Shown here: in pieces, positions 1-11,500 of the stretch
Layout: each line of letters starts with the position of its first letter
Position numbering within the stretch: position 1 is the first letter of the stretch
NCBI GenBank assembly: GCA_023231475.1
Contig: JALJEE010002442.1
Span: 1 to 44,635 of the forward strand
Length of the DNA stretch: 44,635 bases
Direction: 5' to 3'
DNA from: Seison nebaliae
Taxonomy: Eukaryota
Notes under the pieces: generated by a model
Database searches by the model: none
Seen by the model: the letters and a program-made list of their open reading frames with translations, nothing else
What the model was told of the DNA's origin: nothing
Translations under genes and position numbers: made by a program

Positions 1-47
1 ATTATTAAATTATACGTATTCTAATTTTCCTTCTGGAAGAATCGATC

Positions 48-232
48 AAATTGGTGAGAAAGCGGGTGGGTACCACCATTTGGAGAAGTTATTATAATTA
101 ATTTAAGGTTATAATTTATCTTTCATCAGTGTCACGGAGGTTGGTGATACCCTCGACTCCCGAGTCCTCTTCTTGTGGTTTGTATAAATTTCCTATTAAT
201 TCTAAAATTTATAATTATCATATCTTATTATC
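48..232 (+). repeat. Dispersed repeat, copy 1 (similar to 20990-21160)
   Basis: Shared blocks AAATTGGTGAGAAA...CCACCA and CC(C/T)GAGTC(C/T)TCTT..TGTGGT.TGT..AAATTT.CTATTAATTCT.AAATT.A.AATTAT.AT. Confidence 0.7.
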
Positions 233-1293
233 CTCACTCACAGGTGAGCAAGGAAGTGGTTGAGGTTAAAATGGAAATCTCCAAATTTATTTCTCAATGA
301 ATAATATTTCAGGCAAAGGAGTGGACGAGGGAGAGATGAATTCCGGTTGTGAAAAAGAAGGTTCGTCAATACTGGACCGTAAAGAAACGTGATCTGCGTG
401 GTATGATGGAAGTTTCTTAAAATTTATTTATTATTGAAATTTCATATTTTCTTTTAGGGATCGGTATGGAAAACGGTAGGAGTGGTCGGAATAAGAAGAT
501 GTGGACTGAGGTTGGCATTGAACTTTTTTTAATGGATATAATTTTTGGTAGGTTAATGGAATAGGATGGAGATTAGAACATGTGGGAAATAATTGTATTC
601 ATGAAATCAAACGGAATATTTGTATATATATATATATTTCAATGAATATTGAAAAATACTATTTAAAATGAACAGTTCATTATATTTATATATTGCCATT
701 GATTAATGAAATGGGATGGATAATGTAATGATTAATGTAAATGAATAACAATAATATTGGTCGAATATTTTCACAATTACCGATATAATTTTAATTGTTA
801 TTACTTATTTTTCTCCATTATTTCTCTAATTATAAATTTTTTACTTTATTGTATCTCAAGTTGAGATGCAAGTTTGGATCAGTGTTTTGGAAGGATCAGT
901 TAGATGTAGATATATATGTGGTATAAATTATGTGATCGATAAGTAAACATTCGAATAAGAAGGTTCATACTATCAACTTTATCTGTATTTTTCACAATTG
1001 TCAACGATGCTTTTTTTTGAGAACGATTAAATTAATTTAAATTTTATATCTTTATTCTATAATGATCTAGTAATTGTTTATAATTTTAATGAAATGTTCA
1101 AGTTGTTTACATTTGTGTTAATCTGTTAAAAGAATAAACTGAAGTCGAAAATGTTCACATTAATTATTTGGTATTGAGAAATGAAATAAAGCTAAATTTT
1201 TTGCGACCAAACATTTAGTAGAATGCTTAAAAAATGAGACATTTCTTTAAACTTATAAAATGAATTAATTCTGAATAGTTAATTAAAATAATT

Positions 1294-4145
1294 ATGTTAA
1301 TCAATTTACTCATCTTCATACCACTTATAATTACCGATCAGTTGGCGAAATATGTGAATTGTGAAAATTCTTATTCTGCATTTACAAATATCAAAAAATT
1401 GAATAATTTTCATGAAAATCGAGCAGCCCTCCATAACTTTTCTCGCAATTTATTGAATTATAAATTCGAACCATATTTCCATCATGTCGACGACATTGTT
1501 GGAGAAGAATGTAAAGAAGATATTGAGAATTTGATTAAAGATATTGGTAAGAGGAAAAAATGGGCATTGTCTGGTTTAAAATTATTCGAATTGGAAAAAT
1601 GTTCAATTCAATTAAAAACTTTCTAGTTTATGATTCATGGGGACCGATGCCAGGGAAAGGTATTATGGAAGGAAATACTTTATGGCTAGGACAATACGAT
1701 GAATGTTTCGGTAAATCATATAAATATATTTCGAAAAATAATACGGAGAGAGAATGGAATAATCAATATTGTTTATTTAACGCACAAATCATAATTAAGA
1801 ACTTTCCCACCGTTTAGTTTATCTTTTCTAATTTCTTATGAAAATATTATTTCGATTAGTTAATTCGATATGGTTCTTGTCTTCCTAAAACATGTAAAGA
1901 AAATGATTTGAAGAATTTCATAAATTATTTAAGTTTCTTTTCTCTTCGTTTTTAGTTAATTATCAATTCTAGTTAGATTTACTTCCAAAATTTCGAGAGA
2001 CAAAAATTACTTATACTTGTGCTAGCGAAAGGAATGGACAATTAAAATCATCTTCAATCACATTCCTGTTGATCATTAACTTTCATCTAAAATCTCCAAT
2101 TATTATTCATTCAGTTCTATTCTTGCTCTTTATGTCACTTTCATTATAGTTGCGAGTTGTTATGTGCAAAAGAGAAAGAATAAATCAATTGAACGACCAG
2201 TTGTAGTTGTAACTGTAATCGACGAATCAGCGAACGATGACAATGACCAAAACGAATTGATCAACAACGATATAATGAATCCTTACGCGAATATTGATCC
2301 TCACATCGTTCAAGAAAAAGAAGAGACTTCAGAATGTTTTTCTTTTTATTCGACAGATTAAATAACATTTAAATTTAGATCTATTAAAATTCCTTTCTCC
2401 ATTCGCAGTACAAGAGAATATCAGTAGAATATTTTCGGTGAGAAAAGTGGAAGAGAATACGATAGAAGAAGATCTCTTATGTTTAGATGGAATGAGAGTG
2501 TTAAGTATTCTTTGGGTGTTCACATGTCACATGTATTCTCTAGTCGTCGGATTTAGCAGTTATATTTTATGTTCAATTTTCAATTTCACTTCAAATAATT
2601 TTATTTTTCATTGATAGATAATCCTTCATTCTTTGTAAATCAATTGAAAAAATTTTTATTTCAAATAATCGATAACGGATTTTTTTCTGTCGATTCTTTC
2701 TTCTTTTTGAGGTTTTCTTATTTTTTCGATCGTTTTAAATTAAATTCTGTTTTTAGTGGTCTCCTCGTTTCTTATTTGTTTTTAAAAGAATTTAAGAAAA
2801 TCAAAAATGACTCATGGAGAATTAAAGGGAAATTCCTCCTCAAATATTATATTCATCGTTATATTCGGTTAATTTCCCACTTTCTTTTATTGGAAAACGT
2901 AAATATATTTCTTCAGTTTAGTTCCATCATATGCCATCGGAATTTGGTTCTCGTCCACTTTATTTACGGATCTTTATGATCGTAATTTCATTCCATTATT
3001 CACACCTGGTAATCCTGCCATTTGTGGAAATGATCTAAAATGGTGGAGAAATTTATTATTCATCAATAATTACTATCCAATGAATAGTCAAGTTCTTTTC
3101 ATCATTCGACAATTGAATTTTTAAATTTCTTTTTCCTTAGTGCGATGCATGGACATGGTATTTAGGTGCTGACATGCAAATGTTTGCTATCGCTCCAATA
3201 TTCCTTCTAGTCGCTGCATCGTTAATAATTTATTCGTTATTAAAATTATTGTTAATTTAATTTATATTTATTTAGATATCCTATTGGTGGAATTCTACTG
3301 ATAATTGCCGGTTGTCTTGGAGCTTGTTCCATCAACATGACATATTATATAATTCATCCCGAATGGATGATGGTTCCTCATTCCGGTATAATATATTCGT
3401 TATTTCTTCTCAATTCTCATTCAAAATTCTCAAATTTTTTTCAAAAAATTTTTTAGGATGAATATGGATGCGATGAATTTATATGAAAGATTTTATACGA
3501 GATTCGGACCTTACGGTATCGGTATACTATTAGGTATTCTTATACATACTTACAACTTGAAAGAGTTAAAGATAAAAGTTTCAAAATTTTAATTTAATAT
3601 TTCCTCAATTGTTAATTATTCTGATAATATTAATCGTGTTGGAATAGTTTGGAAAATATTCATTTTTGATAATTCATTCGATGCATTTATTTGGTATTTT
3701 GCTCAGTGGAATTCTGGTATTTGGATTATATCGATATTTTCATAATATGACACCGAATTGGATTGAAGGGAAGACATTACCTCTTCTCATCACATATTTC
3801 TCTTTCCATCATATGTTGTGGGGAGTGGTGCTATCATTATTAGTCGTCGCTTATATGAATGATTGTGGAGTAATATTTAGGAAATTTCTTTCGTTGCCTT
3901 TCTTCCAAATTTTAGGGAAATGCACATATTCCATGTATTTGATACATTATTTAATTCTCATGTTATTCATCTCACAATTAACTAGTCCATTACATTTAAG
4001 TAATTCATTGATTTTAGTTATTTCTTTAGGATTAGCATCTATTACCTATTTATGCTCTTTCATTTGGATTCTTTTATTCGAATCACCTTTCATTCGTTTA
4101 GAGTCAACTATCCGCTCATGGAACAAACCAAAATATTTAACTTAA
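1294..4145 (+). CDS. nrf-6: NRF-6 (nose resistant to fluoxetine 6)-like O-acyltransferase, Acyl_transf_3 family; 13 exons
   Basis: Signal-peptide-like N-terminus. NRF-domain motifs (VYDSWG...GNTLWLGQYDEC; YGSCLPKTC) and acyltransferase-3 motifs CLDGMRVLSILWV, VDSFFFLSGLL, HRYIRLVPSY, WTWYLGADMQ, YTRFGPY, TYSMYLIH, FESPF. Introns that keep the frame open: 1574-1626, 1812-1859, 1933-1976, 2068-2114, 2336-2378, 2559-2617, 2712-2756, 2868-2916, 3092-3140, 3221-3275, 3399-3456, 3578-3647 (all GTT...AG). The symbol is family-level. Confidence 0.9.
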
Positions 4146-4249
4146 TTCATCATCAATTCCACCATTTTTCATCAATTTATATTTCTTTAAATTTATTTCA
4201 ATAAATTTCAAAATTAACAAATAAAAATCCAAAAAAAAAATGAGTTTAC

Positions 4250-5121
4250 TCAAAATATGTCACCATCTTTCTTCATCTGACTTAATGCAAGTTCATATTT
4301 CTCTTTAATTCCTGTTACTCCACAATCCATCACAAGTAAATCAGCAACTGGTGTTTGTCCGTCACTAAACAAATCTTCTTCTCCGATATCTCGGACGACA
4401 TTCTGTTGTGATCAACCATCAATAATATTTAATTTAATAATTAATAAATTCTAACCATTCCTTTGAGAACTCGACCGAATACTACATGTTTACCATCTAA
4501 CCATCTTGATGGATTAAGAGTAATGAAAAATGGAACTCCATTCTGATTCCTTCCATTATTAGCCATCGACGCCCAACCACCAGATGCATGAGATAATTCG
4601 AAATTCTCATCAGCAAAATAATCCCCATAAATTGAACGTCCTATTAATTCAATTAAAATTCAAATTATTTTTTCAAAAATTTTCAATAAAATCATGGTAA
4701 CGGTTTGGATCGATATATTGATTATGTCGAACGACATTCGTTCCGATGGTAATCATAAAATCTCTGACTACTCGATCGATATGAGTTCCGTTGTAACTCA
4801 TTTGGATATTCTTCTGAAATTATTCGAAAAAAATTTTAATTTGAATAAAACTTTAAAGAAAGAACGAACTGCTGGACGATTAAATCCTTTAGCTAATTGA
4901 ACGAAATTTAATGCCGTCATTGGAACGACATCACCAAAAACACCGATGGTGATTGTTCCAATGGTTCTGAATTGATCGTCAGTGACTGATTTCTTTCCAA
5001 TTTTAAACCAGACCTCTTCAGTCACTGTCAATTTCTTATCGATTTTCTCTTTCTTTTCTTTCTTCTCCATCGTCAGAGAGATGAGAAAGAAGTAAATGAT
5101 ATAAATTGGAATTCTCCCCAT
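4250..5121 (-). CDS. Divergent secretory-pathway cyclophilin (PPIB/PPIC-like peptidyl-prolyl isomerase); 4 exons
   Basis: Signal peptide, then VTEEVWFKI...[62 protein letters not shown]. Introns at 4869-4814, 4701-4641 and 4455-4403. TGA stop at 4252-4250. Confidence 0.88.
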
Positions 5122-5334
5122 AGTCAGTTGTTTGAAAAGAAATTTATTTCTAGAATTATTATTGAGGAAAGAATCTGATAATTTGTCTTTGTTCTATCCA
5201 GTTATAAATAGTGAAAATATTTGATGACGTTGAGAATAACACGTGAGGAAGAAATTCGATTTTATTTAGGAAATAATCAGTTGTGTTCAAATGTTAATGA
5301 TAAAATAAGATAGGAACAATGTGGTACCAAAATT

Positions 5335-6706
5335 CTATAATTTCTTTTGCAATTCCGGTATCACCTATTGTTATGTGAAAGAAAGAAATAAATAATAGAA
5401 ATTTTATCAATTAAATTCCAATTAACAAACTGATCGATAAGAAAAAGATGAAAGGTGAATAAAATTGTACAAAACTTTAAATAAATCTGCCACCAATCCA
5501 TAATCAGCCACTTGGAAAATTGGTGCCTCCTCGTCCGTATTGACAGCGACGATCTTTTTCGAATCTTTCATTCCAGCCAAATGTTGAATGGCACCAGATA
5601 TTCCAAATGCCACATAAAGTTGTGGTGCGACAATTTTTCCAGTTTGTCCGATCTAATTATATTTTATTGAAAGATTCGTTGTAATTTTAATGAGAAAAAT
5701 TGGAAAACTTGTAAATCGTTTGGAACAAATCCTGCATCAACAGCTGCTCTCGATGCACCTACTCCTGCATTAAGTTTATCTGCCAATTTGTATAACATTT
5801 CGAAATTGTCACCATTCTTCATTCCTCGTCCTAAATATATCGAGAAAGTAAATTAATTAGAATTAGAATTTAATCTGAACCTCCAGAAACGATAATTTCA
5901 GCAGAATTCAAATCAGGTCGATCTGATTTAGTTAATTCTTGAGAAACGAATTGTGTTCGATTATTCACTTCCTCACTTTCCATTTGTTCAATTTCTCCAT
6001 TTCCTTCCTCCATTTCATCAGATGTTGGTGGATTGAATGATGTTGTGCGAACGGTAAAAATTTTAATTGCATCATTCGCTTTGACTTGTAGAAGAACATT
6101 TCCTGCATAGATGAATCTCTTGAATGTTTCTTTATCCACAATCTCTACAACGTCACTCATCGGTTGGATATCTAACATAGCCGCCGTTCTTGGTAGAATA
6201 CTCTGGAAAGATCGAAAAATATTTTATGAATAAACAACAACAACAACAACAACTTTCGAATAAACTGATGATCCGGCTAGAATATTTTCATATTTCATTT
6301 TATTTTGTAATTCGAAAATCGATTGACTCATACTTTCTAAAAATAAAATTTTCTAATTTCTAAGAAAAAAAATTCACCTGAATTTCCTCCTTCGAATTTC
6401 TTCGAAATCTCCACAAAAACTTTCTCCACATTCTTTATTTTTTTACATTGCTCCGCTAATTGTAAGGTAGAATCCTCCCAACCACATAACAACAGATCAT
6501 ATTTCTTGTCTCCAATTTGCTGTGCTGCAGTTATTCCGTTGAGTGTGGCAGATTTCAATTCTTTATTATCATGTTCTCCCACGATCAATGTTGACGCGAA
6601 TCTTTTCAAATAATTTGATTTTGAGATCTTGAAATTTCTGATAATATAATTTTGATGAAGCAATTATTAATTTAACTTTATTTAGAAACTTGTTTGAGTG
6701 TAACAT
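5335..6706 (-). CDS. ETFA: Electron transfer flavoprotein subunit alpha, mitochondrial; 7 exons
   Basis: [105 protein letters not shown]. Introns at 6689-6638, 6377-6337, 6253-6203, 5880-5831, 5708-5653 and 5475-5365. The ATG at 6706 is inferred, and the first intron boundaries have an in-frame alternative. Confidence 0.95.
6233..6253 (-). repeat. (GTT)7 microsatellite forming the 5' end of an ETFA intron
   Basis: The plus strand reads (AAC)7 at 6233-6253, starting exactly at the inferred donor (6253). Confidence 0.9.
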
Positions 6707-8559
6707 GATTCTCTTTTATAAATTTTATTTAAAAAATAATTTTTAATTTAAAACTTAAAATTCAAATTTTTTGAAAAAAATATTATCTTTCAATTATAAA
6801 TTTAGAAAGTGGAAAAACAGGTACATTTTCAAATGTTTCCTATTCTTACTGTTTTTCCTTTTATACGTTCATTGATGAACAATTTTAAAATACTTCATAT
6901 TGAAAATGATTAATTAATAGAAATTAAAATGGTTCTGGATATCATGTTCATTTATTGAAAAGTTGAAATGTTCTATTATTCAAAAGTTGTAGGGAGGAGT
7001 AAACGAATAAATGGATAAATTGGCACTAAAGCGAAATCAATGTGAATTCAATTAAACAGTATAAAATATTTAGTTGTTAAATAAGTTCTATAACCGTTTT
7101 ATGGAATTGTATTGTGGGAGATATTCATAATGTTTATTTATCGTAAGTAAGAAGGAGAAGAAGAAGAACAACAATATTTCCTCTCCTTAATTCTCTGGTG
7201 TATAGCAGTTGTGTGGAATTATATTTGAATAAGTGAGATGGAACATTTGATAAGAAGTAAAAATAAAGGATATTATAAACGTAAAAAATTTTCAATATTA
7301 TAAATTTCCGCATTGTTAATTGGAACATTCCGTTTTGTTCTTCTTCTCTTCTTTCACGACGACACGACAAACAGCTGAGACATTTAAATATTTCTTCATT
7401 AGCATTTGACAACATTCTCCATATTTGTTCATCATATAATTTTTCTTAGTCTGTCACTGCGACTACCCGCTATTACTACCACATGTTATTAGTGTCATTA
7501 TTTGGTTTAGGAGACTGTTCACATACTGAACTTTAAAGAAATATCGACGAAGTTTCAACTGATTTCTTTCTAACGGTATTCTAATGATGTAATTGTATGT
7601 CCGTAAGAGAGAACGAGTTCTTCTTCTAAAGAACGAAAATTTGACATATGAATTACCAGATGAATTGGAATTGGTGAGAAGTTTCAAGTTATGATACGTT
7701 AACCATATAAATTGATTGAATCGAATAATTACATGTCATTTGAATAATACAACGAGAGGAGAAATTTAGTAGAATCTTTTTGTAAAAAATTGATTCTCAA
7801 GGTTCACACTGCAGGTTATCAACAAGTGTTTTGGTGATTGAATCAGATGAATAACATGGTATTCATTTCTCTTCGTATATTGACTATTTCTCAAAACTTT
7901 AATATAACGTACAACTATTCTTTTCGTTTCCACCAAATAGAAAAAGAATTCTCACAATATTTTTTTTCTTCAGTTAATTGATGGAGAACTATAATCGTTG
8001 ATATGGAAACAGATAGAGGAAATTAAAATTGAATTATCATTCTCTCATTTCTCTTGTGTTGGAGCGAATAAATCTCCATTATCTTATTCTAATACTACGT
8101 CTCGAAAAGGAAAGGGGGGAATGATGGTGAGGAAACTTTTCTATTTCCTAGTCGTATCAATTCATAAGTCTAATCGGAATAACGATATTCCCGTCTCTTC
8201 AAAAAAAAACGAGTCATCAAAATAAAATCAGAAAGATTTTTCTATAAATCCTAACGTAAAAATTCTGACAAATAGAAAATTATGAAAGTTTTATGTTCAG
8301 CTGAGGACGAAACTATTTGTTTTACGTCCTGTCCATTTTTCGGCAGTTGAAGATAAGTTAACTTGACTTATAGCAATACAGAAAAGAAACAGCCTAAATC
8401 AATAAATTCTTTCAGTGTAATGACCTAATTCTTCTATTCCACATTCTCGTCAAGTGAAAATGAATTTTTATCCTTTAAAATTTCTTTTCTCTTCGGGGAT
8501 ACCAATTTATTGATTAGAATTATAACTTCTTTTTCCAACATTTATTCTCCACTGGAGAA

Positions 8560-11500
8560 ATGGCATGTGTTGTCTTCGATCACTTAATCACACCACAAAC
8601 GTGGTATGATTTGATGGTGAAATTGCGGTCGGTGTATGCGGAACAGATCGCTAATTTGCCATTGAACATTCACAATTATTATGAAACATATTCAAATATA
8701 TTAATTGACTTCAATGATGATTTATGGGAGCAAAATAAAATTCTTATTCAAACAATTGACGAGACCAACTTCCAAGCACAATTCCGTGTTAACGAGATGT
8801 GCGTTCGTTATGATGAATTGCAAGAAGATTTAAAAGTTACTTTTTGAATCTGATTTTTTCATCAAACTTTTTTTCCGTTTTCGATGATTTGTACATAATT
8901 TAGAAATTTACTTATTGTGCAAGCTTAGTAGAGAAAGAAGAGAAAAGATCAAAGATTAATCGAATGAATTTATCTTTCGATAATAGTGATCATCATATTC
9001 GAACGAACAAATCTAAAAAAAGAACTCGGCCATATTCAGCCGATAAGATTGATGCGGTTCTTAATGAGAATAAGATCAAACGATCAACATCATTTGATTC
9101 ACAATTAACAACATCATCATTGTCGTCAGCAAATAAATTACCACATATTTCAGATACAGATATGGATGAAGGTATTGTTGTTAGTTTGATAATTGTTTTT
9201 GTCTTCTGGACTCTATTACTAATATTTGCGAACATTCATTTTTCTCGTTTGACTAAAGTCAAAAAGAATCCATCCAATTCACATTCTTGCCATTATAAAT
9301 ATTATTGTTGAATTTTTTATGTAAAAGGATTTTTAAGTCTTCTTTCCTTTTACGCTACTGACGAAAATTAATACTAACGAATCGTAACTAAAAATAATCT
9401 TTTTTCTCTTTTGTTTGATACTGAATTGCAACGAAAATGATTTCCGGCTATTCTCAACAACTTCCATTCGGTTTAAAAGTTAGAAGAACGTGTACGATAT
9501 TTGGAAAAGGAGAACAACTCACTTCGAATAAGATTGACGAAGAAAGAAAACGATCTTCATAAGAAGAAACAACAAATTGACCGATATAATATTGATGTTA
9601 AGTATTTTTCTATTACTTTTCGCAAGTACTAAAATTTTAATAAATTTTTATAGTTTATCCGATTATCCAATAAAATATTACATTTGGAAAAATGGATAAG
9701 AAAGCAATGTGATAGAAGTGTTGGTACAGATTGATTGTTTTCCTTTCATTCTTTCTTTTTCCTTCATGTCCACTACTCATTCTCCTGAGTCTTCCAGTGG
9801 AAATCATATAAAATTTTATTTGTTAGAAAGTAAAATATAATTCGATTGGGACAAGTAAAAGGAATTTTTCTTTTCCTGAATATTGACGAGAAAGAATTTT
9901 TGTAAATAAAATATTACGAAGAACTTTCATCGGAAGTTTCCTCATAACAATCGAAATTTTCGAGCAGAAATTTCAGTCTTTCTTCAATTTACTCAATTTC
10001 CGTTCTATGTTTCTTCTTCATTCTTCTATTCATCAGACGGAAAACAATTTTACGGTAAACAACGTGGCAAGTGAGCAGACATTTCAATTGTCTTCCTTTA
10101 CAGGTAAGTTACGTTTATTAATTTCTTATTTATTCAACTTGCTCCACTCCAACAAACGTAAACTTCCATCATCTGTTTCTATTTAACAACAAACTTAATT
10201 TATTTACCATTTTTCCTACTCATACCATCATCAGTCACAATAGAATGTGCAATTTACTTCCAGTAATATTAAGTGAAATTTTCTGAAGGATAAATACCAT
10301 ACGTGCGGTTAAATTCTATTACTCTCAATTCATTTAGTAAGTTCAATTTATTTTCCGAATGTCATTTTACGAAAATTTTGAAGATTTTCCAAGAACATTT
10401 ACTCGTCTATAGGCGAAATGCTTATTCATCTTCAAAATCATTTTCCAAGAGTTTTAGTGATGGAGAATATCGAGTAGTAGTAGTAGTACTCTAAAGCTGT
10501 CAGTCGTTGCCATGACGACGTGTTTAGGAGAATAACTAAAATAGCAAATCGGAGAATATGGTAAATATACATGAAAAAATAACTTCCTCTAAATAAATTT
10601 TTTACCTCAATATTTGATCATTTGTATAGGAAAGAATTATGCAAAATTTTTCCTTCAGTTTAACACAAAATTGCACAATCCTATTCTCTAACATACACTT
10701 GTTTGTGACTAAACAGACAGGAAGTGTAATAAGATCATATTTTCATATAACGACAAACAGATTTTTTTATTTGTATCTCAATTGTCACTTGATCGACTAA
10801 CCGTCTCTTTTTTTCATAGAAACAGATTTGAATGAATTTAATTTTGATACAAATAATAAAATGCATCATAACCGATCATCAATCACGTCGAGTGGAGAAA
10901 TGAGGAATAACTTCAGTTCATCACCACGCAAAGAAACTCAATCAAATGAAGATAACGATATGTATGAAAGTATTTCTCCAAGATCATTAACTCACCGTCC
11001 ATTAGAAGTCGTACGATCGCGTAGTGAGGAATCCCACCATTCATCGAAGTATTTTAATGAGAATTCGGAAGAAAGCAATTTGGTTATCGATACAAAGAAA
11101 CTACATTTGAGTTCACCCACTCTCCCATCGGAATATGGAAACTATTTATCTCCCGTTAACGTAATATCCACACCACGATTAAATGTGACGGCCCATCGTC
11201 AAGATATTGAAGAATTCGAAACGCAGGTTCACTATAATTCTTCCGGATTCACTTTCATTTGCTTCCTCACTCATTCCATTCACTAACGTTGTCATAGTGA
11301 GAAATTAGCTGAAATAAATTTCTTACGAAGAATAAGAAGAAATAAACTTTCTCTCACAAGAATACTTCTCACTTGACATTATTAACTTTTATATGTTAAT
11401 AGTTTTGATGGTGATTGGTAAAAATTATATATATATCATACGTACTACGTTATTTGGAGTGAAACTAATTGTAAATTATCATAATATTTAGTTTTTCAGT

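Noticed and set aside
7134..7687. Two minus-strand ORFs (93 and 74 aa) between ETFA and the coiled-coil gene
   Set aside because: No recognisable motif and no consistent splice path; an orphan gene cannot be excluded.
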